From contig JAQBFN010000050.1 of assembly GCA_032123335.1 (NCBI GenBank), forward strand, positions 904-64,903: DNA of 64,000 nt, read 5' to 3'. This document shows positions 8,930 to 18,192 of this stretch, piece after piece. This DNA is from Candidatus Micrarchaeota archaeon (GTDB lineage: Archaea; Micrarchaeota; Micrarchaeia; Anstonellales; Bilamarchaeaceae). The stretch's first letter is position 1, and every line of letters starts with the position of its first letter. The notes beneath the pieces were generated by a model, which did no database searches, was not told where the DNA came from, and saw only the letters and a program-made list of their open reading frames with translations. The position numbers were made by a program, and so were the translations under genes.

Positions 8930-10201
8930 TTATCGGTTTGGCTGGCAGTTCTTGAGCTCTTCCAGGAGCAGGAGGGTATCTATATCGTCCTCCACTCCGT
9001 TCTCTTTCCTGTTCTGGCTCACTGACCCGTAAATCGGGGACTCCTGATCATCTATCTGCTCCATCAATATTCTTTCTTTCATTTCTATTGCAAAGTCACA
9101 GTCCCCGAGCCTTACCGCGTTCCTTCCCGCAAGCGCATAGGTTTCCATTTCCTCAATTCCGTTCCCGGTCCCAAGGTTCTCCATCTTGTATGCACTGCTT
9201 ATTTTTCCTGTGCTCTCCCAAGCAATCTTCATCTTGTTGTGCAGGATGGTTGCGGGCACATAAGTCTTGTAATCAGAATAGTACATTCCTGCCCTCAGCA
9301 TGTGGCTGGTCAGGCATTCATCCTTCCCTTCCGGGTATTCCCGCCTGCTCTTTGCAATATCATATTCCTGCCAAAAGAGCCCGTTGGACTGGTCCTGGCA
9401 GGTAAGGAACTGCGCATTGGTTTTCACAACCATCACCCTCCAGATCGCGTCCTCGTTCGCAAGGGTCTGCATCACTTCCCACCTCAAATCATCTATGTCC
9501 ATCCTCCTGCTTACCTCATAGCTATCCTCATCCCAGCTTAATCCCCTGCTCATGATATTCATGTACTGGTTATAGGTAATCATCTGGTCGGCTATTGCTT
9601 TCCCTTCAGTTTTGTATCCATGCTCCGGGCCCCATTTCTCTTCTGCTTCGTAAAGCGCCCAAAGTATCCTCATATCGTCATCCGTATTGGATACATTCTC
9701 CCTTGGAGTATAATCATCTGCCCAGATGGACCCATATACAAGCCCATATTCCCCATTTATCATGTGCTCCTTTACAAATGCCCATTCTATATCAAAAAGG
9801 TCCTGGTTGTCCACAGTGAGCGCATATTCCATCATCTGCCCCATGGTTTCCCCAAGTATGTACGGCCTCCCGTTTGTATACACGTTCCGTACTCCTCCAG
9901 TTGAATCACTCATGTGCACAAGCATAAACCATTCAAGCATCTCTTCAGGGGTTTCATGCAGCTCCGGAGGCCTCACCTCAACCACATCAAGCAGTGTAAC
10001 CTCTTCAGGTTCTTCTTCCGGCTGCTCTACTTCCGCAGCATATCCGTTTGAAGAAAGCGGTTCGATTTCCTCAACCTGCGTTATTTCTCCTTCTCCAGGT
10101 ATGAAGAATGCCATAAGGAGAGGGCCCACGGTCAGGGCAAATAATATAATCACAATGACGGCTACAAGTGAGTATGTCCAGAAATTTTTCTTCTTCGCCA
10201 T
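8930..10201 (-). CDS. membrane-anchored glycoside hydrolase family 8-like protein
   Basis: N-terminal TM helix and acidic spacer. LGETMGQMMEYAL resembles the SEGQxYGM catalytic-Glu region. NTDDDMRILWALYEAEEKW partly matches the GH8 signature A-[ST]-D-[AG]-D-x2-[IM]-A-x-[SA]-...-[FW]. Confidence 0.6.
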   Translation of the reverse strand: MAKKKNFWTYSLVAVIVIILFALTVGPLLMAFFIPGEGEITQVEEIEPLSSNGYAAEVEQPEEEPEEVTLLDVVEVRPPELHETPEEMLEWFMLVHMSDSTGGVRNVYTNGRPYILGETMGQMMEYALTVDNQDLFDIEWAFVKEHMINGEYGLVYGSIWADDYTPRENVSNTDDDMRILWALYEAEEKWGPEHGYKTEGKAIADQMITYNQYMNIMSRGLSWDEDSYEVSRRMDIDDLRWEVMQTLANEDAIWRVMVVKTNAQFLTCQDQSNGLFWQEYDIAKSRREYPEGKDECLTSHMLRAGMYYSDYKTYVPATILHNKMKIAWESTGKISSAYKMENLGTGNGIEEMETYALAGRNAVRLGDCDFAIEMKERILMEQIDDQESPIYGSVSQNRKENGVEDDIDTLLLLEELKNCQPNR

Positions 10202-10233
10202 GGACCCATAATCCCCGAAAAGGGTTTTATACC

Positions 10234-10659
10234 TTACTCATTCCTGCGGCTGAATAGGAACGCCCCAAGCCCAAGCAGCACAAACCCTATTCCGCAAAGC
10301 CCCTGTTCTCCTGAAGAAGCCGTGCTGCCGCCAGAAGTTGTAGTTCCACTGCTGGTTCCGCTTTCTGAAGAAACAGTCCCCATTATGCAGTCCCCCTGCG
10401 CATCCGCACATTTCCCCACCGCTTCAGAGAATTTTGCATCACTTCCCCCATAACACCCCTGGGTAAGCTCATTGAAATCACCGCCAGCAGCAGCGCATCC
10501 ATCCCTGAGGCACTGGAAGTATTGAGTGTAGCACTCAGAATCATCCGGCCCGGAGGGGGATGAGCTTCCATCCGTAGTTTCCCCTACGTTTACAATCTGC
10601 CCTGCGAACAGGACTCCCGCCAAAACCAAAAACGCAAATATCCATTTCATATTTTTCAC
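10234..10659 (-). CDS. secreted Cys-rich protein with Cys-containing C-terminal anchor
   Basis: Signal peptide MKWIFAFLVLAGVLFAG. Eight or more Cys. S/T/G-rich stalk, then LCGIGFVLLGLGAFLFSRRNE. 4-nt overlap with the upstream gene. Confidence 0.6.
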   Translation of the reverse strand: MKNMKWIFAFLVLAGVLFAGQIVNVGETTDGSSSPSGPDDSECYTQYFQCLRDGCAAAGGDFNELTQGCYGGSDAKFSEAVGKCADAQGDCIMGTVSSESGTSSGTTTSGGSTASSGEQGLCGIGFVLLGLGAFLFSRRNE

Positions 10660-11192
10660 CCTTGCTTGTACACCGCAACATCCGCCCAGTATGCATACCC
10701 TGCATAACCCGCAGCAGTCTCGAATACCTTTATCCTGTACGTTGCCCCTTCAGGGGAAGTCCAGTATGTGCTTTCCCCCGGGCAAACTTTATCCTGGAAA
10801 AGCGTTTCAATATAAGTCCCGCTCATGTCCCCCACCCTCAAAGCCGCGCACGGATACGGATAATCATCCGTAATATCATCCACAATAAGCGCATACCCGT
10901 CGAATTCCACTGCCTGCAGCTTTTTCGTCCCTTCCTCCTCATCCTCTTCAGTTACACCCACATCCCAGTGCACAAGTTCCTCCTCTTCCACTTCTGGTTC
11001 AGGCTCCGGAACCTCTTCCTCTGGTTCAGGTTCCGCAGCAGGCACCTCTTCAGGTTCATATGCAGGGGGAGTTTCCACCACCGGAGCAGGTGCTTCCACA
11101 AGCTGAGGCTCCCCGGCCTGCTCAAACTCAAAATAGCCGCAGCAGCCGGAGAAAAGCATCCCAAAAACCAGGAAAAGCGCGAAATATCTCAT
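10656..11192 (-). CDS. putative lipoprotein with acidic Pro/Glu spacer
   Basis: MRYFALFLVFGMLFSGCCG lipobox-like signal, then EPEEVPAAEPEPEEEVPEPEPEVEEEE spacer and a C-terminal globular domain. Confidence 0.6.
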   Translation of the reverse strand: MRYFALFLVFGMLFSGCCGYFEFEQAGEPQLVEAPAPVVETPPAYEPEEVPAAEPEPEEEVPEPEPEVEEEELVHWDVGVTEEDEEEGTKKLQAVEFDGYALIVDDITDDYPYPCAALRVGDMSGTYIETLFQDKVCPGESTYWTSPEGATYRIKVFETAAGYAGYAYWADVAVYKQG

Positions 11193-11285
11193 CCTTCAAT
11201 AAACCAGGGGAGGTTTAAAGCTCTTTATCTATAATGTGTCAATAAGTGGTAAAATAGATATATTTATAAAGCCTGACTGGGTAAT

Positions 11286-12323
11286 ATGAATATGGGCATT
11301 TTCACTCGCAGGATGAACGTTGAAAAAGCCAAAAAGGCGTCGTTGCAGGAGCGCGGGCCCAAAAATAATTATGGGCGTGCTGTGCTCAGGGCGTTGCACC
11401 GGGCAAAAATAAGATTAGAAACAATCTACGGAGTGAAGGTCCAGAAGATGCCATATGTGATTGTTGCTGCACGGAAGATTCACGCAGACCGCGAAACCTT
11501 TGCCGCATATTTAGAAGAACTGAAAGCATGTGGCCAAATGTCCGAGATCCACTGCAAGGCCAGTAGGGAATACCAGTCTAGGGGTTTTGATGCGTTTAGT
11601 GAAAACGTATGGGAGGCAAGCCAGTTTGCGACACACGCATTGCGTGCAAGATACGACAGCTCCCTCCAGATGATGCAGATACCTCCAGCTGCTATTATGG
11701 GTCCACATGCATTTACATTTCTAGAAGACAGCATTGCACATGAACTTGTTCATCATGTGCTCTGGGAACAGAGAAGCCCGGTCTATGCGCCACACAAACA
11801 TTCGATGTATGCAGCCCCTCCCATTGCAAGCCAGGCCGCCAATGAGGGCTTGGCCATGTATGTCCAGGATTGGCAAGGCATTCCAGTTTTGAAAAGTGCG
11901 GGAGAACTGGGAGCAGCTATAATCAAATGTCCCATTAACTTGATCGGAGGGGTCATCAGGTCGCTTAGCCTGGCAATCAAGAACCCCATTTGCTTTATGG
12001 CAATTGCTGCAGGAGCTTTCATGTCTGCAGCCACGCGACTCCGAAAATTTATAGCGGCAGCGCTAAGGAATACTATATGGTGGGAGCCAAAAGAGTTTGC
12101 CAGAGCATTGGAGAAATATCCTATTGCCTACTATGCATTTGACCCTTATTCAGATGGATTGGCATTTGTAAAGGAGGTCGTAAGGCTATTTTCCAGCCAG
12201 AAACGTGCCTTCGATACAATCACAAAATATCCTCCAGAATCAATGAGGGAAGTACTTATTCCTGATGAATACCTTAGAAGGGTCCGCAAGGACGTGAATG
12301 CAGATATCCGGAAGCTGCAGTAG
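11286..12323 (+). CDS. hypothetical protein with HExxH motif (putative metallopeptidase)
   Basis: IAHELVHHV (HExxH) is the only recognisable motif. 345 aa. Confidence 0.5.
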   Translation: MNMGIFTRRMNVEKAKKASLQERGPKNNYGRAVLRALHRAKIRLETIYGVKVQKMPYVIVAARKIHADRETFAAYLEELKACGQMSEIHCKASREYQSRGFDAFSENVWEASQFATHALRARYDSSLQMMQIPPAAIMGPHAFTFLEDSIAHELVHHVLWEQRSPVYAPHKHSMYAAPPIASQAANEGLAMYVQDWQGIPVLKSAGELGAAIIKCPINLIGGVIRSLSLAIKNPICFMAIAAGAFMSAATRLRKFIAAALRNTIWWEPKEFARALEKYPIAYYAFDPYSDGLAFVKEVVRLFSSQKRAFDTITKYPPESMREVLIPDEYLRRVRKDVNADIRKLQ

Positions 12324-12365
12324 CCTCCACAACCCATTTTAACCTTTTTTCCGAATTCCCTGCAG

Positions 12366-12683
12366 GTGTTTAAATTGAAAAAGCTGTTTGCAATCGTGCT
12401 CGTCTCCGTGCTCCTCTTCGGGTGCGCAGGAATCGGCACAACTCCCCTCAAGGACCTGAACGACAACCCGAAGGCATTTGCAGGAAAGGAAGTAACCGTG
12501 CATGGAACAGTAACCAATACGATAAAAATCGGCCAGCTTTCCGGATACACCTTAATAGATGGGGAAGGCCACGGAATAAGGGTGTCCAGCCAGTCCCTCC
12601 CTGCGGAAGGAAAGGAAATCACGATTACGGGAATGTTCGTGATGGATTCGCTTTTCGGATACTACATCCAGGTTCCTGAGTAA
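12366..12683 (+). CDS. small lipoprotein, OB-fold-like
   Basis: MFKLKKLFAIVLVSVLLFGCAG lipobox. The beta-rich remainder (GKEVTVHGTVTN...ITITGMFV) looks like an OB-type domain. Confidence 0.55.
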   Translation: MFKLKKLFAIVLVSVLLFGCAGIGTTPLKDLNDNPKAFAGKEVTVHGTVTNTIKIGQLSGYTLIDGEGHGIRVSSQSLPAEGKEITITGMFVMDSLFGYYIQVPE

Positions 12684-14609
12684 TCAGGAACCGTTCCCTC
12701 TTGTTTTCCTGTCGAATTCAACCTTCCACCCTATAACAGAATCCAGAATCTGCTGCCCAATCTCAGAAGGTTCATTGTGCTGCCCGATTTCGTCCTTCAA
12801 ATTAAGCTTTACAACGTCCCCCTGCTTATAATATGAAATTATTCCTTCCTTATACAGGAAATCCTCCACGACTTTAACGCGCTCCTCAGGATTTCCTCCT
12901 TCCCTTGAAAGCACAACGCGCACATTTTTCCTGAAAGCACTAATCGGGAAATATTTTCCGCCTATTGCAGATTTTCTTGAAGAGAGCCTCAGCCCATAAA
13001 TAATCGCCCTTTTCACGTTCTCAACAAGTATCCCTTTCGATGCGATGTATTGCTCGGTTTCCTGGGAGAGCTCCAGGCTCTGGTGCGGCCTTTTAATCTC
13101 CCTTGCCGGCACAGCATCTCTCCCTTCCCCATTTTCATCCTCTTCCTCAACCTGGCCACCGTTTTTCACAAACCTGAGGGAGTACTCCGTGTATCCCCTG
13201 AGCGCCTTTTCCACCCTCTCATTTCCGGATTCCAGCTCAACCAGGGCTTCAAACACCTCATCTTCATATGCTTCAAGCAAAGAGTGAACGCCCTCCCTTC
13301 CTGCAGGAGGGCTTGAAACAAGTGCAAGCACTGCGCTGAGCTCCTGGCTTTCCCGGTCTTCTCCTGCACCAGGCATCAGCTCCATCCACCCAGAATAATT
13401 ATGCAGGACATCCATGAGGTCCCAGCAGCTGTCTTCGTTCAGCACCCTGAACGCATAGTGCAGCTGCCTGTGCGCAATTCCCTCTGATTCAAGTATTGAT
13501 GCAACAAGGGTATGTTTCCCCACGATCTCCGCATCCAGCCCTTCCTGCACAAGGAAAACTGCATCTTCCCTGCCTATCCCATAATATTCCAGTTCAACAA
13601 CCGAAACTGCATTACCCTCATTCCATTCGCATGCTTCACCCAGCTTTTTCACATAGTTTTCCGGGAAGCGTTCTTCAGGATATTCCCTAACCAGCCTTTT
13701 TGCAAGGCTCGTGTGCTCAGCAGGAAGCACAGGTTTCTGCGGTTTCTGTACCACAACTATTTTTTCCATACAGTTCTTGAGCAGTTTCTCCCATTTTTTC
13801 GGGAAAAGCATTTTCAGCAGCTCCCTTGCAATGTTCTCCGGGGGCACAAAACCAATGTTCCAGAGTGGGTCCTTGTATTCTTCCGGAGTGAGCTGCTTCC
13901 AGATGGGGTTAAGCAAGCCGTTTTCCAGGCTGCCACGCATGTACGTGGGAATTTCTATTCCCAATCCTTTAGTAGCAATATAGGTGTGGCCTGCAATCCG
14001 TTGTATCTCCACTGAATGCTTCAATGCCTCCAGCCAGCACTCACCAATTGTTTCCAGAGTTTCTGCATCCGGAGTTGGGTTTTTTGCAAGCGCTTCTATG
14101 GAATCAATATATGAATTTACTGAAATGCCAAGAATATCAAGATGCTGGCCATAATCCTGGGACCAATCGCAAATCTGGTTCTGGCTTTTGGAGATTTCCG
14201 CTGCAATTCTGTCCGTGGCCGCATTCCCTCTTTCCAGCAGCTCCAGGACAATCTTTTCCCTTGCCAAAATGCCTGCTGAGCCTTCTTCCAGTATCTCATC
14301 AACCAGCCGCTTCCCATCTTCAAGACTCTGGAAGTTCCTGGTTGCAATTCGCTGCATTTTTTCCATGGGGAGGCTGGAAATGCCAATCATTACGCGTGCC
14401 ATGTTTTCTGCACCAATGTTTCCGAATACTGCATACTGCTCAAAATCCGCAATAAGGAAAGCTTTCAATCCGGAAATGGAACTCCCTGAGGCGAATGCTG
14501 CACGCTCCCGTTTCATCACTCCCCTGAATTTTTTAACCTCCTTCCTGAATGAATCGTTGCTGGTTGAGATGAGCGCCCTGCTGAGCTTCTCTTTGTTAAG
14601 ATGTGCCAT
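12684..14609 (-). CDS. large hypothetical cytoplasmic protein (641 aa), no recognised domain
   Basis: Long uninterrupted ORF with balanced composition. No signal peptide, TM helix, P-loop or other motif seen. Confidence 0.6.
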   Translation of the reverse strand: MAHLNKEKLSRALISTSNDSFRKEVKKFRGVMKRERAAFASGSSISGLKAFLIADFEQYAVFGNIGAENMARVMIGISSLPMEKMQRIATRNFQSLEDGKRLVDEILEEGSAGILAREKIVLELLERGNAATDRIAAEISKSQNQICDWSQDYGQHLDILGISVNSYIDSIEALAKNPTPDAETLETIGECWLEALKHSVEIQRIAGHTYIATKGLGIEIPTYMRGSLENGLLNPIWKQLTPEEYKDPLWNIGFVPPENIARELLKMLFPKKWEKLLKNCMEKIVVVQKPQKPVLPAEHTSLAKRLVREYPEERFPENYVKKLGEACEWNEGNAVSVVELEYYGIGREDAVFLVQEGLDAEIVGKHTLVASILESEGIAHRQLHYAFRVLNEDSCWDLMDVLHNYSGWMELMPGAGEDRESQELSAVLALVSSPPAGREGVHSLLEAYEDEVFEALVELESGNERVEKALRGYTEYSLRFVKNGGQVEEEDENGEGRDAVPAREIKRPHQSLELSQETEQYIASKGILVENVKRAIIYGLRLSSRKSAIGGKYFPISAFRKNVRVVLSREGGNPEERVKVVEDFLYKEGIISYYKQGDVVKLNLKDEIGQHNEPSEIGQQILDSVIGWKVEFDRKTRGNGS

Positions 14610-14652
14610 TGATTAAATTGTGTCTAAAAGTGTTTAAATATCTTTCTAACCT

Positions 14653-15348
14653 CTATTTCACGAGATAGTAAACAGAAACCAGGAGCAGCATCAGCCCCAA
14701 TCCCATCAATCCTGCCCAAACCACAGGGAATTCTGGTTCTTCCGCACGAATCCCTCCGGGAACCGGCTCTGGGGCAGTCTCGTCTGGTGGGGCAACCTCT
14801 CCAGCCCCAACCATTTTTTCATTTGAACCTGGTTCTGCCCAGGTTCCTTCTTCCATTTCAGCAGCCAGGGGTTCCGCTTCAAAGTATTCCTCATCCATAG
14901 CCACATCACTTATTGGAGCAGCTTCTTCCGGAGCCGCAGCACCCCCAAGCATAAACTGCTCCCCCGCAGCATATTCCATTTCAGCAGCAGCAGGGGCCCC
15001 AAACGCATTTATGAAGTTCCACCCGCTCCCGAAAACAAGAATCAGGCTAATTGCAAGCATAATCAGCACTTTAGCCGGATAGGGGCTTACAATCCCTTTC
15101 CCCTTCCGCGTAAGCTCGTAGTATTTCCACTTCCTCCCCTCATCCATCTGCATAATCAATCCGGCTTTCACAAGCACATCCAGGTGCTCTTTCATGGTTG
15201 AAACCGAGAGCCCAAGCTCATGGGAAAGCTCAGTAAGCGTCTTCCTCCTTTTGGAAAGCGCCTTCAGGATCTTCACCCTGGATTCCGCTGCAAGAGCCTC
15301 GAAGCTCCTCCGGTCCAGCCTTATTGTGTCGTCCATCCCAACCATCAT
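14653..15348 (-). CDS. membrane-anchored ArsR-family wHTH transcriptional regulator
   Basis: SFEALAAESRVKILKALSKRRKTLTELSHELGLSVSTMKEHLDVLVKAGLI is an ArsR-type HTH. It is followed by a TM helix, an acidic Pro/Glu region and a C-terminal TM helix. Start taken at MMVGMDD; the track ORF runs to 15510. Confidence 0.65.
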   Translation of the reverse strand: MMVGMDDTIRLDRRSFEALAAESRVKILKALSKRRKTLTELSHELGLSVSTMKEHLDVLVKAGLIMQMDEGRKWKYYELTRKGKGIVSPYPAKVLIMLAISLILVFGSGWNFINAFGAPAAAEMEYAAGEQFMLGGAAAPEEAAPISDVAMDEEYFEAEPLAAEMEEGTWAEPGSNEKMVGAGEVAPPDETAPEPVPGGIRAEEPEFPVVWAGLMGLGLMLLLVSVYYLVK

Positions 15349-15457
15349 CTCTATCCGCCCAATGATTTTTATTCCCTCCACCAACTTAAGAGAAATCCGT
15401 TTTCTTTCGGCGAATACCGTAGGTAGTTTTATTGTTTTCCCCACCATAAATCTATAC

Positions 15458-15856
15458 ATGGGGAAAGAAGATGGAATCTCGATCCTGTTCTGCCCGAATT
15501 GCGGGTACAATCCCCATGCAAATGATTACCTGAACATACATGGCAGGAATGAAGTGCATTCCCTCAATATTTCTCCTGTAGAAGGAACGTATCTATGCAC
15601 CCAGTGCAAATACAGCGGAAACCTCTTCTCAATCCCGGAAACGGATCTCTACAAGATGCAGTTTGACCTTGATGAAATAGATGCGCCCGTAAAGCACGCG
15701 CAAAAAGCCAGCAAGCGCTTCTTTCTCTACGCCCTTGGATTTCTTGCAATAATTTTCGTAATTTTCCAGACATCCAGCCTTCTTCTTGCAGCAGCACTCA
15801 CTGTCATCCTCACCGGAGTAATCCTTTACACCGAGCTCACGTCCAAAGTCCGCTAA
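15458..15856 (+). CDS. zinc-ribbon membrane protein
   Basis: CPNCGY...CTQCKYSG (two CxxC) plus two C-terminal TM helices. Divergent from the ArsR gene. The upstream part of track ORF 15194-15856 is antisense to ArsR and was discarded. Confidence 0.5.
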   Translation: MGKEDGISILFCPNCGYNPHANDYLNIHGRNEVHSLNISPVEGTYLCTQCKYSGNLFSIPETDLYKMQFDLDEIDAPVKHAQKASKRFFLYALGFLAIIFVIFQTSSLLLAAALTVILTGVILYTELTSKVR

Positions 15857-15898
15857 ATTCCTGCGCATAACTATAAATCTTCCCGTTCTAATCCACGC

Positions 15899-16213
15899 AT
15901 GGTACCCCCTTCCAGGAAAGAGCTGAAGAAAGCCATGCTAAATATCTTCCTGTCATCAGATGAAGCGGAAAAAAAGAAGCACTCACAAGAATTCACAAAG
16001 CTCCTTTTCACTTTGGTTGAGTCCAAAATGCCCGGACAAGACGAAGAAGAAATTTACATGAAGCAGATGGAGGCAATCGGCCTCTTCAGCCAGTACATAT
16101 TCAGGAAAACAAAGGAAAAATCGGGAGAAAAAGAGAAATCCCAGAAAAAAATTCTTAAGGAAATCTCGGATGAGTCCGATGAGCTGTTTGAGGATATTGA
16201 AGCAGTCCTCTAA
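15899..16213 (+). CDS. hypothetical charged protein (104 aa)
   Basis: Lys/Glu-rich helical ORF with no recognised domain. Confidence 0.45.
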   Translation: MVPPSRKELKKAMLNIFLSSDEAEKKKHSQEFTKLLFTLVESKMPGQDEEEIYMKQMEAIGLFSQYIFRKTKEKSGEKEKSQKKILKEISDESDELFEDIEAVL

Positions 16214-16374
16214 TCCGTAAGCTTCAGCATCCTATTTATCTCTGCTCTCCTGGTGTTTGCACATTTGCTGCAGAAAATGTATGTGACATCATCTATGCTG
16301 CGCATTCTTTCTCCAAGATCCTCCATCTCAATTCCACATAATGAACAATTGTCTAATCCGCCAAATCCTTGCAT
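16210..16374 (-). CDS. small 4-Cys zinc-ribbon protein (54 aa)
   Basis: Hand translation: MQGFGGLDNCSLCGIEMEDLGERMRSIDDVTYIFCSKCANTRRAEINRMLKLTD (CxxC...CxxC). Below the track size cut-off. Its stop overlaps the stop of 15899-16213. Confidence 0.35.
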   Translation of the reverse strand: MQGFGGLDNCSLCGIEMEDLGERMRSIDDVTYIFCSKCANTRRAEINRMLKLTD

Positions 16375-16442
16375 TCCGGTCACCTAGTCGCCTCATCACA
16401 TTCACCTGAAAAAAATAAAAGCCTTGTCATTGAAACTCTTTC

Positions 16443-17237
16443 ATGAGCCTGATAGGATTTGAAGAGCCCCTGATAGCGTTTGTAGTCGGCATTTACTCTA
16501 CAATTGAATCAGTCCTGGGTCCGGACCTTACGAATTTCTTTACAACCGCATTCGGAATTTCAGTATATGCAATTATCCTGGGAACATTCTACAATAATTT
16601 CTCCAGGCAGAAATTATTCGTCCTGGAGCGGACCAAGGAGGAAACATTCAAAGACCAGCTAATCCATTACGTTACCCTGATTGCAAAATACACATTCGCC
16701 TTCCCGATAATCACATTCGTGTGGTTCATGTTCCTCACGATTTTCCTGGTCTTCCTTGGAAACCAGGATGTTGCAAATGTAATGTACATCTCCATTGCGG
16801 TGGTTGCCGCAATCCGCATAACCTCATATTGGGATGAAGGGATTGCAGGGGACCTTGCAAAGATGCTTCCCCTGGGCCTGCTTGCCTATTTCATAAGTGA
16901 CCCTTCTTTCCTGGACGCAGCGACGTTTGAAGTGAAGTTCTTTGAGATTACCCAGCTTCTTCCCCTCGCGATTCCATTCTTCATATACATCGTGCTCCTG
17001 GAATGGTCCCTGAGGATACTGCTTTCCCTCTATGACCTCGTGCATCAGTATAAGCATTTTGCACCTGCAGCTGTAAGCTCAAGAATCCCTGAGCGCCCCG
17101 ACCGAAAGGAAAGGGGGCCGAAGCCAATGCCCAAGGTGGAACCCAAGCCAATGCCCAAGGTGGAACCCAAAGCCAAGGGGAAGGAAAAGCCCAAAGGGAA
17201 GAAAGGGGATCTAGAGGACATGGGGCTGGAGGAGTAG
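16443..17237 (+). CDS. integral membrane protein with basic PK-repeat tail
   Basis: About 6 hydrophobic helices. C-terminal PKPMPKVEPKPMPKVEPKAKGKEKPKGKKG. Confidence 0.6.
   Translation: MSLIGFEEPLIAFVVGIYSTIESVLGPDLTNFFTTAFGISVYAIILGTFYNNFSRQKLFVLERTKEETFKDQLIHYVTLIAKYTFAFPIITFVWFMFLTIFLVFLGNQDVANVMYISIAVVAAIRITSYWDEGIAGDLAKMLPLGLLAYFISDPSFLDAATFEVKFFEITQLLPLAIPFFIYIVLLEWSLRILLSLYDLVHQYKHFAPAAVSSRIPERPDRKERGPKPMPKVEPKPMPKVEPKAKGKEKPKGKKGDLEDMGLEE
17121..17168 (+). repeat. perfect 24-nt tandem duplication inside a CDS
   Basis: AAGCCAATGCCCAAGGTGGAACCC at 17121-17144 is repeated exactly at 17145-17168. It encodes KPMPKVEP twice. Confidence 0.85.
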
Positions 17238-17240
17238 GCC

Positions 17241-18125
17241 ATGCGCAACTTATTCATTTTCCCGCTTTTGCTTTCTTTTCTTCTTTTTGCAGGATGTGCC
17301 TCAAACGGCTCAAATGGGGATTCAGCATTCATAGTCCCCTATTTTGAAGATGAGCAGTACTCGGATTTCACCGGGGAAATTGAAAGGTATGTTGCTCCCC
17401 AGCCAGATGAGTATGGGTACACAAATCACTATTATACTATTATGGGATTCGAATGCCCGGATGGCTCCGAACCCGAAGTTGTAACATTTAACTGGGAGAA
17501 CCCATCAACACAGGAGGTTTACCTTGCGGGCTCCCCCAGCGAACCTTTTGCGCATTACCGTGCAACCAACGATGCGGTTTTCACAGTAAAACTGCGTGTG
17601 GATTATGTATGCGAGGGAAGGTCCGAAATATCCGAGGCCGAATCCCAGAGAAAGGGCATCATGCTCTATTTTGCTGAAGAAGGAATGCTTTATGAACAGG
17701 AGGCAATGGCCACCTGCCCCGGGGATTACCTCCCCACACTTATCTCTGAAAAGGACTCAATAGGAAAAGGGACTCCAGTAGGAGCGGATTCGGATGAGGG
17801 GTGGTTTATCACTTCCCACAAGGTAGTGGTTGCGGAACCCTATGATTACGCAATCAACGGATGCGGGAAATACGATGAGCACTGGCTCAACACTTACATG
17901 AGGGAAAGCGTAAACGGGACCCACTGCGAAATTGGTGAATGCAGGGGCTTCTGGCACACCTTTGAGTGCCCGAAGGATAATGCTGAAGGCGTCCGCAGGG
18001 AAGTGTATGCGGGGAAGAACTGCATTTCCGTTTCCCAGCAAAAGGATTTCCGCAGCCCCCAGGAATGGTATAATATTCTCGAGATTCCTGAGTTCCCTAG
18101 TGCAGAAACTACTGGATTCAATTAG
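17241..18125 (+). CDS. putative lipoprotein, unknown function
   Basis: MRNLFIFPLLLSFLLFAGCASNG lipobox. Cys-containing globular remainder. Confidence 0.6.
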   Translation: MRNLFIFPLLLSFLLFAGCASNGSNGDSAFIVPYFEDEQYSDFTGEIERYVAPQPDEYGYTNHYYTIMGFECPDGSEPEVVTFNWENPSTQEVYLAGSPSEPFAHYRATNDAVFTVKLRVDYVCEGRSEISEAESQRKGIMLYFAEEGMLYEQEAMATCPGDYLPTLISEKDSIGKGTPVGADSDEGWFITSHKVVVAEPYDYAINGCGKYDEHWLNTYMRESVNGTHCEIGECRGFWHTFECPKDNAEGVRREVYAGKNCISVSQQKDFRSPQEWYNILEIPEFPSAETTGFN

Positions 18126-18126
18126 T

Positions 18127-18143
18127 GTTCTTTAGGCAAGAAC
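18127..18143 (+). terminator. hairpin plus T-rich tract after the lipoprotein gene
   Basis: GTTCTT-TAGGC-AAGAAC perfect 6-bp stem immediately after the stop, followed by CTTTTTATTTCTTC. Confidence 0.35.
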
Positions 18144-18192
18144 ACATATCTCCAGTCTTTTTATTTCTTCTCTTCTTTACTATTCCGGGAGG

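Noticed and set aside
9088-10211. Several plus-strand ORFs (for example 9726-10211 at 161 aa and 9088-9405) covering the GH8-like gene region
   Set aside because: They are antisense to a 423-aa ORF with a signal anchor and GH8-like motifs. Their products are Ser/Pro/Cys/His-rich low-complexity sequences, typical of shadow frames.
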